Of a stretch of 37,062 nucleotides of DNA, positions 28,063 through 37,062 are shown piece after piece. The stretch is taken from the sequence record SRR31156797_933; one strand, given 5' to 3'. The position numbers and the translations under genes were made by a program. Each line of letters starts with the position of its first letter. Position 1 is the first letter of the stretch. The notes under the pieces were generated by a model. It saw only the letters and a list, made by a program, of their open reading frames with translations, did not search any database and was not told the origin of the DNA.

Positions 28063-29937
28063 TTAGTTCATATATTTCTTCCACCATTGTTGAAATACAA
28101 TTAGTGCCCATATTCTGGCCGGGGTATCACCCGGACTGGAACTGGTCAATTGTTTTTTCAGTTTTTGAATTACTTCGTAATTAAAAATGTTTTGTTTCTC
28201 AATCATTTCTTCACTTAATAATTCATTGAAGATCATTTCATAAAGATCTGTTCTGAACCATTTTAGTAATGGAACTTCAAATCCTTTTTTAGGTCGGTTA
28301 TATAATTCTTCAGGTAGTTCTTTTTTAAATGTATCCTGTAATATTCGTTTTTGATGATGTTCATTAATTTTAAATGAATCAGGTAAAGTCATTACAAAAT
28401 CCACAATTTCATGATCCAGAAATGGAACCCTCACTTCAAGGCTATTGGCCATTGACATTAAATCAACCTTGGTTAGCATGTCATTGGGGAGTAGCATTTT
28501 TACATCCGCATTCAGAATGTGATGTAATTTATGTTTGTTGGGTATATCTAGATTTAAGTTTGTCCATGGCCTTTCATACTTATTTGGCCATTTGTCTTTT
28601 AATAATTCACATGTGTAAGCTTCAGATGAAATACTTGCCCAATGCCAATATCTGTCTATTCCTTTTCTTTTAATACCCTGGCTAAATCGGGCTGCTTGTC
28701 TTGCTTTATCTGCAATTGCACTTTGCCTGGATTGGGGTGCAAGATTTAAAATGGGTCCTGCAGTTTTTAGCAATGTATTTACAAGAGATTTGTTAAGTGC
28801 ACGTGTGTGTGCCATGTGTTTTCTGTAACCTCCAAATAGTTCATCGGCTCCATCACCGGACAATGCTACTGTTACATGTTTTCTGACTTCTTTACTAAGT
28901 ATAAATACAGGAAGAGCACTGGAATCAGCAAATGGTTGATCGATATAATCTAGTACATTTGGCAATGCTTCAAGCATATCTTTAGAATGTACGTCAATAA
29001 TGTGGTGTTTAATACCACTTTTCTTCACGACTGCTTTGGCGTATTGGGTTTCATCATAATAAGGCTCATCCGGAAATCCAATTGAAAAGCTTTCAATGCT
29101 TTTATTTAATGTTGATGTAAGTACTGCAATAATGCTTGAGTCAATTCCTCCGCTAAGAAAAGTACCAACAGGTACATCAGCAATTAAACGACGCTCTACA
29201 GACTTGAGCATTAGGGATTTGAGTTTCTGTTGAGCTTGATTATATCCTCCGTCAAAGGTAGGTGAATGGGGTGGTGAGTAATAACGATGGGATTTAATCT
29301 TACCGTTTATAATTTGTAATTGTGTTCCTGGCTCAACTTGTTTAATGTTTTCAAATATGGTGTCAGGTCCGGGGATGTAATTCAATTGAAAATAGCGATG
29401 TAATGATGGGGTATGTATCTTTTTTTGCACATCAAAAGCTAAAATTGCTTTTAATTCTGACGCGAATATTAATTTACTGTCATCTTCATAAAGAAAAAGA
29501 GGCTTTATCCCCATGCGGTCACGAGCAATAAATATGGTGTTTTCCTCTTTATCATGAATCGCAAATGCATAAAATCCGTTTAGGTAATTTGTAACCGAAG
29601 ATTTATATTTTTTATATAACTCAAGTAAAACTTCAGTATCTGAGTTTGTTTTGAATTCGATGCCTTCTTTTTCAAGTTTTCTTTTTTCAAGAATGAAATT
29701 GTAGATTTCTCCATTGAAAATAAGGACATATCTTCCAGTGTTATCAATAAAGGGTTGATTTGCACTTGAAGAAGTGTCAATAATAGACAAGCGAGCATGT
29801 CCGAGACCAACATTTTTCTGATGATAAAGGCTTGAGTAGTCTGGCCCTCTTTTAGCTAGGGCTTGTGTGGCTAGTTCAAGTTCAGTAAGTGGTTCGGATA
29901 CGTTGTCTTTTCTATAATATCCTACAATTCCGCACAT
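28063..29937 (-). CDS. asnB: Asparagine synthase (glutamine-hydrolysing) family amidotransferase
   Basis: MCGI N-terminal nucleophile, RGPD, FNGEIYN, LSGGIDSS, SGDGADELFGGY, RVPFLD. Confidence 0.95.
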   Translation of the reverse strand: MCGIVGYYRKDNVSEPLTELELATQALAKRGPDYSSLYHQKNVGLGHARLSIIDTSSSANQPFIDNTGRYVLIFNGEIYNFILEKRKLEKEGIEFKTNSDTEVLLELYKKYKSSVTNYLNGFYAFAIHDKEENTIFIARDRMGIKPLFLYEDDSKLIFASELKAILAFDVQKKIHTPSLHRYFQLNYIPGPDTIFENIKQVEPGTQLQIINGKIKSHRYYSPPHSPTFDGGYNQAQQKLKSLMLKSVERRLIADVPVGTFLSGGIDSSIIAVLTSTLNKSIESFSIGFPDEPYYDETQYAKAVVKKSGIKHHIIDVHSKDMLEALPNVLDYIDQPFADSSALPVFILSKEVRKHVTVALSGDGADELFGGYRKHMAHTRALNKSLVNTLLKTAGPILNLAPQSRQSAIADKARQAARFSQGIKRKGIDRYWHWASISSEAYTCELLKDKWPNKYERPWTNLNLDIPNKHKLHHILNADVKMLLPNDMLTKVDLMSMANSLEVRVPFLDHEIVDFVMTLPDSFKINEHHQKRILQDTFKKELPEELYNRPKKGFEVPLLKWFRTDLYEMIFNELLSEEMIEKQNIFNYEVIQKLKKQLTSSSPGDTPARIWALIVFQQWWKKYMN

Positions 29938-29943
29938 GTATAT

Positions 29944-31047
29944 TTAGACCATCTGGTTCATGTATTTCACAAATTCTTCGTGTGGCACAGATACACATAT
30001 TCTTGAGTGGTGCTCGTATTTTTTTGAATCAAGTGTGAAATACGACATTGAAACTGCACTTATATTTTTTTCGAGCAGTTCATCTTCTGTCTTATTTATA
30101 CTTGCAAAAATACCAAGAGGTTTGCTGTTTTTATAAAATTCGGTGGATAATAGACCGTTGTTAATCAAAAAGTCGATGTTTTTGGCAATATCTTGAGCTG
30201 TTTTTGTCTTAAAATCTTTAACAACTTGTTTTCCTTTTGAAGAAGTTAGTAATGCATAAATTAATTCCTGGGCAAATGCATTTACCCCATTTGTGGCGTA
30301 TAATAATCGCTGCTTAGCCTCTTTAATAAACTCCATGTCGTTTGCATGAAGGAATCCAATGCGCTGGCCGCTTAATCCGAATGATTTACTGAAGCTATCT
30401 ACAATAACTACATTGGAGAATTCCAATAGTTGCTTATGAAATTCATCTTTGTCGTCAGTAAAGATTCTGCGATAGGGGCTATCAACTAATACGTTTATAT
30501 TTTCTTGCTCTAATCTTCTAATTGCATTAAATATATCTTCGTCCGGGTGTTTTTCTCCTAATGGATTTCCCGGATCACAAATAACCACAAGTTGATTAGT
30601 GTATTTATGGGGATACTTTATTAATGAGCGAAAGTTGGGATATGTACAAACATTTATTTTACGAAGCTTTGCCAGTTGAACATATGAACCCCAAAAGAAA
30701 GGTGGTAAAGCGATTGTTTTGGTTGTTAAGTTTTGTAATGTAATGTCCAGTCCACTTATACCGCCGGGTGTAATAAGTAAATTCTCAGGGTTGGCTTTAC
30801 CAAAAAAATATTCATCAGATATAGCACTTCTAAGTTTTTCCTTTCCTGCGGTTCCAGGGTAAACCTGAAAATCAGTGGTGTTAAAGTCAAAATTTCTGGC
30901 AATTTCGTTCAGATCAATATTTACGACAGCGTTTACTCCTCTGTGCAGCATCAAAACAGGTTTTAACCCTTCAGATTGCATTTCTCCGGCTTTTTGCCCT
31001 ATTTGGAGAATTCTGGAAACTTCCGTGTTTGTCTTTGTTATTTGCAT
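29944..31047 (-). CDS. PLP-dependent aminotransferase class I/II
   Basis: PGNPLG, DSPY, DSFSKSFGLSGQRIG (PLP lysine), C-terminal RICVS. Confidence 0.87.
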   Translation of the reverse strand: MQITKTNTEVSRILQIGQKAGEMQSEGLKPVLMLHRGVNAVVNIDLNEIARNFDFNTTDFQVYPGTAGKEKLRSAISDEYFFGKANPENLLITPGGISGLDITLQNLTTKTIALPPFFWGSYVQLAKLRKINVCTYPNFRSLIKYPHKYTNQLVVICDPGNPLGEKHPDEDIFNAIRRLEQENINVLVDSPYRRIFTDDKDEFHKQLLEFSNVVIVDSFSKSFGLSGQRIGFLHANDMEFIKEAKQRLLYATNGVNAFAQELIYALLTSSKGKQVVKDFKTKTAQDIAKNIDFLINNGLLSTEFYKNSKPLGIFASINKTEDELLEKNISAVSMSYFTLDSKKYEHHSRICVSVPHEEFVKYMNQMV

Positions 31048-31088
31048 GGTATATTTTTAACACTTCGTTAAATTAAATGTTCTTCGGA

Positions 31089-32483
31089 TTATTGATCCTG
31101 ACTGAACATTGGATCCCAAGGTGGAAGTTTGATCGCTTTTTCTTCAAGTATTTTTGTTACGTTTTCAGGTAAATATTTTTTCAATACTATGACTCTAAAC
31201 ATATATTCATCAAACCATTCATCTGTAAAAGTTAAATAGCCATTATGTCCGCTTGAGCTACCCCAACTGTTTTCAAATTGCCATTTTACGGTTTTTCCTT
31301 CTTTGTCAACATCAACTGCAACCATTGCCATTCCATGGCTTGAGCCGCTTTCACGACTTAGAATTCGTTCTTTTTTGTCCATACCGAATGAGATGCCATA
31401 AACACTTTCAAAATCATAGTTTTCAATATCTAATAATCCTAAATCACTATTTAGTTGTTTGCCAACATCGCAAGAACCATACATGGCATCATTTCCTTTG
31501 ATTGATTCTACTGCGTATTTTTTTATATCCTCATTTGGAAGGTTAATATACGTCCAGTTGATACCCTCCATTACATTTCTATCATTTTCAATTTCATATA
31601 GTTTATAATACTCACGAGTTGGGTCGTTCATAAGCATGATATAATTCTCATAATTGATTTCTGGAAGTACTTCATTAGCAAAAGTAAGTGGTGTATACGT
31701 TTTTGATTCTTCAATTGATCCATCTTTTGAAACAAATCTATAATTAAATTCTGTTGGAGGTTGACCTAGATTTAACGCGAGCATTTTATATACTGTGCTC
31801 ATCATTTCAACCTTCTTTTTTTCCAGGTTTTTGTATTTTTCTCCTTTGGTATGCAGTTCTCTGAGCTCCAGCGCAAATTCACGTAGTTTGCGATTAAGCA
31901 TTCTTCGCATATAGCTGGTGCTTTCAGAGTTATGTGTTTCCGGCATAATACTAGATGGTACAAGTCCATATTTTGTTACAAGATTAGTGAATGAACTCCA
32001 TACACCACCATCTCCCACGGGTGAGCCCAATAACCAATGGTTTATGCGACTATCAACATCCTCTCCGGCATGTTTGATTATATTTTCAAGAAATAAATTG
32101 GCTTTTTCAAATTGATCCCAAAAGAACAAATGGTTTTGAGAAAAATGGAAATCCGAAAGGTTGTATTTATCAATTACTTTTGGCCTTATTACATTTAGGC
32201 TGGTGAATAACCAACATCTGCCCGAACTCTTTTGGTCAGAAATACCAGTTACGTCAACTTTATATTTGAAATGATGTTCAATGCCGCTTAAGTTATTGCG
32301 GTTAAGGGCAATTTTTTTAATGCTGTTGTTTGTTAATGCATTCATTCGCATAATGTTGGTTTTGTCCTCCATAAATTGCGAACGCATCTCTTTTATCATT
32401 TCTTCATTAATTGCGCCTTTCTGGGCATTTAATATTGTTGAGGCTATTATTAAGAAGATCGAAGTAATTAATATATTTTTCAT
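31089..32483 (-). CDS. pepC: Aminopeptidase C / bleomycin hydrolase (peptidase C1B) with signal peptide
   Basis: QKSSGRCWLF, SSHGM, ENSWG, PWDPMF; signal peptide from MKNILITSIF (ATG 32483). Confidence 0.92.
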   Translation of the reverse strand: MKNILITSIFLIIASTILNAQKGAINEEMIKEMRSQFMEDKTNIMRMNALTNNSIKKIALNRNNLSGIEHHFKYKVDVTGISDQKSSGRCWLFTSLNVIRPKVIDKYNLSDFHFSQNHLFFWDQFEKANLFLENIIKHAGEDVDSRINHWLLGSPVGDGGVWSSFTNLVTKYGLVPSSIMPETHNSESTSYMRRMLNRKLREFALELRELHTKGEKYKNLEKKKVEMMSTVYKMLALNLGQPPTEFNYRFVSKDGSIEESKTYTPLTFANEVLPEINYENYIMLMNDPTREYYKLYEIENDRNVMEGINWTYINLPNEDIKKYAVESIKGNDAMYGSCDVGKQLNSDLGLLDIENYDFESVYGISFGMDKKERILSRESGSSHGMAMVAVDVDKEGKTVKWQFENSWGSSSGHNGYLTFTDEWFDEYMFRVIVLKKYLPENVTKILEEKAIKLPPWDPMFSQDQ

Positions 32484-32523
32484 AATCAGATTGAATTGAT
32501 TGTACCGTGATTTGTTGAGCATT

Positions 32524-32621
32524 CAAAATTAGTTGTAAAAAGATGTAATTGCAACTAATATTTTTTAAAGTAATAAAAATGGACAATTTATTTTGTGCTC
32601 TCTCAGAAACATATAATTTCG
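32524..32621. promoter_or_regulatory. Divergent promoter region (TAATTTTG minus strand; TAATTTCG plus strand) with an inverted repeat
   Basis: caaaatta 32524-32531; taatttcg 32614-32621; attagttgtaa/ttgcaactaat at 32528-32559. Confidence 0.5.
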
Positions 32622-32675
32622 CCTTTGGTAATTTTTTACCTTAATAAATCAAAAGAATCATAAAATCAATAGTAA

Positions 32676-34013
32676 ATGAAACGCGTATTAATATTGGGTT
32701 CCGGAATGGTTGCAGCGCCAATCATTGAATACCTTTTAAACAAAAACTATTTCGTAGGAGTAGCCGGAATTGATACTAACAGATCAAAAGAACTTATTAA
32801 TAATCATCCGAACGGAAAAGCCATTTTATGGGATGCAGAGGATGTGGAAGGGCTTAGAGAACTTGCACAAGAGTATGATCTCCTCGTGAGTTTATTGCCA
32901 TATAAATTCCATGTAATGGTTGCTAAAGTTTGCCTTGAGTTTGGTAAACATATGGTAACAACTTCCTATGTGAAGCCGGAAATGCAGGATTTACATCAAA
33001 AAGCAAAAGAAAAAGGATTAATGCTTTTAAATGAGATAGGAGTTGATCCGGGTATTGACCATATGTCAGCCATGAAAATCATAGATGGTGTGCATCAAAA
33101 AGGAGGTAAAATTGAAGAGTTTTATTCAATAACCGGGGCATTACCTGATCCTAAAGTTGTTGATAATCCTTTAGGTTACAAATTTTCATGGAGCCCGAAA
33201 GGAGTTATTCTTGCAAGCAAGAATGATGCGCAATATTTGAAAGATGGAAAGGAAGTATTTGTTGAGCCTAAAAAACTATTTCAGGATATATTTGAATACG
33301 ATTTTCCTGAAGTAGGCATTTTGGACGTTTACCCAAACAGAAATTCAATTGATTACATAGATATTTATGGAATACCTGAAGTCCAAACTATTTTTAGGGG
33401 AACTTTCCGAATGAAAAATTGGTGTCATGCATTAGATGTGATAAAACAACTTAATTTATTGTCAGATGAGAAGGCTGATTTTTCAGATATGACTTACGTT
33501 GATTTTATACGTAAAACTGCCGGACTTGCAAATGGTGATGTTAAAAACGCAATTGCTGAAAAGTTAAATATTCCAATTAGTTCGCCGGCAATAGAATCTT
33601 TGGATTGGTTGGGTTTACTTGACAACAAACCAATGGGTAGAAAAGAGGATACTCCATTTGAAATCACTTCTGATATAATGATCGAAAAAATGTGGATGAA
33701 AGAAGGTGACCGTGATATGGTGGCTATGCAGCATGTATTTAAGGTTAAATGGGATAATGGAAATGAAGAGATTATAAAATCAAGATTATTGGATTATGGT
33801 GATCCTAATGGACATACATCAGTTGCTCGCACTGTAGCGTTACCGGCTGCGGTTGCTGTAGATCAAATTTTAAAAGGAAATATTCAGCTAAGCGGTGTTT
33901 ATAGACCAGTTGAAAAAGTAATTTATGATCCAGTGATGGATGCATTAGAAGAAATGAATATTAAAATGGTTGAAGAATTTGGTCTGCCATTAAGTGAAAA
34001 CATCGAAAAATAA
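32676..34013 (+). CDS. Saccharopine dehydrogenase (glutamate-forming, Lys9-like)
   Basis: LGSGMVA, SLLPY, TTSY, NEIGVDPGIDHMSA, NPLGYKFSWSP, YPNRNS, ARTVALP. Confidence 0.92.
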   Translation: MKRVLILGSGMVAAPIIEYLLNKNYFVGVAGIDTNRSKELINNHPNGKAILWDAEDVEGLRELAQEYDLLVSLLPYKFHVMVAKVCLEFGKHMVTTSYVKPEMQDLHQKAKEKGLMLLNEIGVDPGIDHMSAMKIIDGVHQKGGKIEEFYSITGALPDPKVVDNPLGYKFSWSPKGVILASKNDAQYLKDGKEVFVEPKKLFQDIFEYDFPEVGILDVYPNRNSIDYIDIYGIPEVQTIFRGTFRMKNWCHALDVIKQLNLLSDEKADFSDMTYVDFIRKTAGLANGDVKNAIAEKLNIPISSPAIESLDWLGLLDNKPMGRKEDTPFEITSDIMIEKMWMKEGDRDMVAMQHVFKVKWDNGNEEIIKSRLLDYGDPNGHTSVARTVALPAAVAVDQILKGNIQLSGVYRPVEKVIYDPVMDALEEMNIKMVEEFGLPLSENIEK

Positions 34014-34120
34014 ATTCGAAAAAATAAAAAACAGCTATTCTTAGAATTGTTAATTTGATTGAGTTTGAATAAACTTTTGATCAATGCTGCATATAAGAAT
34101 GGTATTTAAAAAAAATGTAA

Positions 34121-34128
34121 TATATTTG
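34121..34128 (+). promoter_or_regulatory. Bacteroidota -7 box (TATATTTG) for secDF
   Basis: Exact TAnnTTTG match 48 nt upstream of ATG 34177. Confidence 0.68.
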
Positions 34129-34176
34129 CCCGATTAATTGGCAAAAAAATCGAATTAATATTAAAAATCAAACGAA

Positions 34177-37062
34177 ATGCAGAATAAAGGAGTAATCAGG
34201 TTTATTGCTATTTCGCTGGCTTTAGTAGTTATTTATTATCTATTTTTTACATTTAAAGCTGCCAGTGTAAGGCAAGACGCCAACGAGTATGCAGAAGAGT
34301 ATGTGGAGAGTTTAAAAACAACTCAGCAAAATTTAAGTGAAGAAGAACTCAAAGAAGCACTCAAGGAGAAGAAGGATGCGTATTTAGATTCCATTTCCGG
34401 TGAGGTGGTTTATAATTTCATGTGGTTACGTGATTTTACATACCGTGAAGTTCAGGAGAGAGAGATCAACCTTGGTCTTGACCTTAAAGGTGGAATGAAC
34501 GTAATCTTAGAGATATCAGTCGCAGATGTAATGAAAGCTTTATCAGGTAACAGTAATGATCCTGATTTTATTGCAGCCCTTGAAAAAGCCAGAGAGTACC
34601 AAAAAGAGACGCAGGAAGATTTTGTAACGCTTTTCGGTCGCGCATATAGTGAGGTTGCTCCAGAAGGCAGACTTTCTACTATTTTCAGTACAAAAGATAT
34701 GCGTGAGAAGGTAAACTTCAATTCAACAAATGATGAAGTACTGGATGTAATTCGTCAGGAAACTGATGGAGCTATTTCAAATGCCTTTAACGTATTACGT
34801 AATCGTATTGACCGCTTTGGAGTTGCTCAACCTGTAATTCAACCTTTGGAAACTGATGGTCAGATTTTGATTGAACTTCCGGGTGTTAAAGATCCTGAGC
34901 GTGTGCGTAAGCTTCTAAAAGGAACTGCGAAGTTAGAATTCTGGGAAACTTTTGACAACAAAGCGATTTACCCATATTTATTCCGTGCGAATGAAAAATT
35001 AAGTAATTTATTGGCTATTGAGCACGAACAAAAAGATTCAATTGCCAAAACAGTTGCTGCTAAAGAGCCTGAAGCTGAAAAATCAATAGATGCTGAAGGA
35101 GAATCAGATGATCTTTTAGCTGCAGAAGATGAATTATTACTAGAGGATACAGCTCTAGTTGCTGAAGATACTGCTGCTGCTTTAACTGATGCTCAAATTA
35201 AAAAGCAATATCCTTTACTTTCAATATTGAGAGAAAGAAGATATCAAAATGGTGAACTAGCTCCAGGAGCTTCAGTTGGTTATTCGCATTTTTCAGATAC
35301 TGCTACGGTAAATAAATATCTGAATATGCCTGAAATCAAAGAGGTTTTTCCACGTTCAATGAGAGTTAAATTCCGTTGGGGAGTGAAACCTATTGATGAG
35401 GAAGGAAACATTTTTGAGCTTATTGCATTAAAAGTATCCAATATGGATGGAGAGCCTGCGCTTTCAGGTGATGTTGTAACAGATGCTCGTTCTGAATTCG
35501 GAAGTACAGGTAGTGCTGCGGAGGTTACAATGGCAATGAATAGCGAAGGTGCTAAGAAATGGGCTCGATTGACAAGAAACAATGTAGGTCGTCAGATTGC
35601 AATTGTACTTGACAACTATGTATACTCATTTCCAAATGTAAATCAAGAGATTACAGGAGGTCGTTCATCTATTACCGGTAACTTTACTGTAGCTGAGGCG
35701 AAAGACCTTGCAAACGTATTGAAATCTGGTAAATTACCAGCTCCAGCACATATTATTCAGGAAGAAATTGTTGGACCTTCATTGGGACAAGAATCAATTC
35801 AAAAAGGATTGTGGTCGTTTGTGATTGCTTTTCTTATGGTAATGGTATACATGATTCTTTATTACCGTCATGCTGGTTGGGTAGCTAACCTTGCTTTAGT
35901 AGTTAACTTGTTCTTCATTACAGGTATCTTGGCTTCACTTGGAGCTGCTTTAACTTTGCCAGGTATTGCCGGTATTGTACTTACAATTGGTATGTCAGTT
36001 GATGCGAACGTGCTGATTTACGAACGTATTAAAGAAGAGATGAATTCCGGTAAGGGACTCAGAGTTGCGCTGTCTGATGGTTATAAGAATGCCTATTCAG
36101 CCATTATTGATGCCAACTTAACAACCTTATTAACCGCGATTATTCTAGGATACTTTGGTAAAGGGCCTATTTATGGTTTCGCCATTACATTAGGAATTGG
36201 TATTATCACTTCATTGTTCTCAGCGATTTTTATTACTCGTTTGATTTATGAAGGGTTCCTAGGTAAGAAAAAGAATATTGCTTTTGCAACCAAGCTTACT
36301 CAGAATGCATTCCAGAATACTAAAATTAAGTTTATCGAAAAGCGTAAGATTGCTTATGTAATTTCTGCAATTATTATTGTAATTGGTTTGGCATCATTAT
36401 TTACAAGAGGCTTAAACCTTGGTGTAGATTTTACTGGAGGTCATACCTATATTGTGCGCTTCGATAAAGATGTATCTGTAAATGAGGTTAAGAATTCCTT
36501 AGGTGATGTTTATGGTGAAATGCCTGAAGTAAAAACATTTGGTGGTAATAACCAGATTAAAGTTACTACAAAGTATCTAATTGATGATAATTACGAATTA
36601 ACAGATGCTGACAGACAAGAATTCTATAATATAACAGGAGCTCCAACCGGACAAGAAGTTGATGTTGACGATTTAGTTGAAGCTAAATTGTTTATGGGAC
36701 TTAAAACATACCTTGGAGATATTGACTATAAAACTTTTGTGTCTGACCAGGATAAGAATATCGGTCGTATGAGTTCTCAGAAAGTGGGACCAACAATTGC
36801 TGATGATATTAAAACATCTGCTATTTATGCAATTGTATTCTCTCTTATTATTATTTTCCTTTACATATTGATTCGTTTCTCAAACTGGCAGTTTGGTTTG
36901 GGTGCGGTTGCAGCATTGCTTCACGATGTATTATTTATATTGGGAATTTATTCACTCTTCTATACAATCATGCCATTCTCAATGGAGATTGATCAATCGT
37001 TTATCGCAGCGATCCTAACAGTGGTTGGTTACTCAATTAACGATACCGTGGTTGTATTTGAC
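34177..37062 (+). CDS. secDF: Protein translocase subunit SecDF (fused), truncated by window end; absent from ORF track
   Basis: Manual translation: MQNKGVIRF.., NLGLDLKGGM, RNRIDRFGV, LKSGKLPAP, LTLPGIAGIVLTIGMSVDANVLIYERIKEE, GVDFTGG, GYSINDTVVVFD at the window end in the same frame. Confidence 0.97.
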   Translation, partial: MQNKGVIRFIAISLALVVIYYLFFTFKAASVRQDANEYAEEYVESLKTTQQNLSEEELKEALKEKKDAYLDSISGEVVYNFMWLRDFTYREVQEREINLGLDLKGGMNVILEISVADVMKALSGNSNDPDFIAALEKAREYQKETQEDFVTLFGRAYSEVAPEGRLSTIFSTKDMREKVNFNSTNDEVLDVIRQETDGAISNAFNVLRNRIDRFGVAQPVIQPLETDGQILIELPGVKDPERVRKLLKGTAKLEFWETFDNKAIYPYLFRANEKLSNLLAIEHEQKDSIAKTVAAKEPEAEKSIDAEGESDDLLAAEDELLLEDTALVAEDTAAALTDAQIKKQYPLLSILRERRYQNGELAPGASVGYSHFSDTATVNKYLNMPEIKEVFPRSMRVKFRWGVKPIDEEGNIFELIALKVSNMDGEPALSGDVVTDARSEFGSTGSAAEVTMAMNSEGAKKWARLTRNNVGRQIAIVLDNYVYSFPNVNQEITGGRSSITGNFTVAEAKDLANVLKSGKLPAPAHIIQEEIVGPSLGQESIQKGLWSFVIAFLMVMVYMILYYRHAGWVANLALVVNLFFITGILASLGAALTLPGIAGIVLTIGMSVDANVLIYERIKEEMNSGKGLRVALSDGYKNAYSAIIDANLTTLLTAIILGYFGKGPIYGFAITLGIGIITSLFSAIFITRLIYEGFLGKKKNIAFATKLTQNAFQNTKIKFIEKRKIAYVISAIIIVIGLASLFTRGLNLGVDFTGGHTYIVRFDKDVSVNEVKNSLGDVYGEMPEVKTFGGNNQIKVTTKYLIDDNYELTDADRQEFYNITGAPTGQEVDVDDLVEAKLFMGLKTYLGDIDYKTFVSDQDKNIGRMSSQKVGPTIADDIKTSAIYAIVFSLIIIFLYILIRFSNWQFGLGAVAALLHDVLFILGIYSLFYTIMPFSMEIDQSFIAAILTVVGYSINDTVVVFD

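Noticed and set aside
2150-35582. Numerous 60-128 aa ORFs antisense to or nested in larger genes (e.g. 4357-4686, 27285-27671, 34452-34721, 35280-35582)
   Set aside because: Shadow ORFs of well-supported genes, with no motifs or independent expression signals
34014-37062. Apparent 3-kb ORF-free region in the supplied track
   Set aside because: It is secDF running off the window end, so it was not called by the ORF finder

Overview
AT-rich chromosomal window from a Bacteroidota bacterium. The assignment rests on TAnnTTTG -7 promoter boxes, a T9SS C-terminal sorting domain, fused SecDF and abundant D-S/T-hydrophobic O-glycosylation sequons. It holds about 26 genes, mostly envelope and housekeeping: glycosyltransferases, adenosine deaminase, RsmI-like methylase, BASS transporter, MBL hydrolase, PgeF, a TlpA/AsmA/DsbA/lipoprotein unit, nucleoside kinase, uvrA, lytic transglycosylase, wecA-wzc-wza, asnB, aminotransferase, aminopeptidase C, saccharopine dehydrogenase and a truncated secDF that the ORF track misses. 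I saw no rRNA, tRNA, CRISPR array, integrase or transposase. The most interesting part is 6.37-11.96 kb. An ECF sigma factor appears fused to an anti-sigma-like segment and a membrane anchor, followed by an outer-membrane beta-barrel and a T9SS cargo protein. An identical ECF-type promoter motif (CAACC-N12-TGTGTCTT) sits both before the sigma gene and at 10104. The second copy heads a ~290-nt structured non-coding region with mutually exclusive helices and a terminator, directly upstream of a pseudo-receiver/PAS adenylate cyclase. All calls are by eye from motifs; no database searches or folding programs were run.
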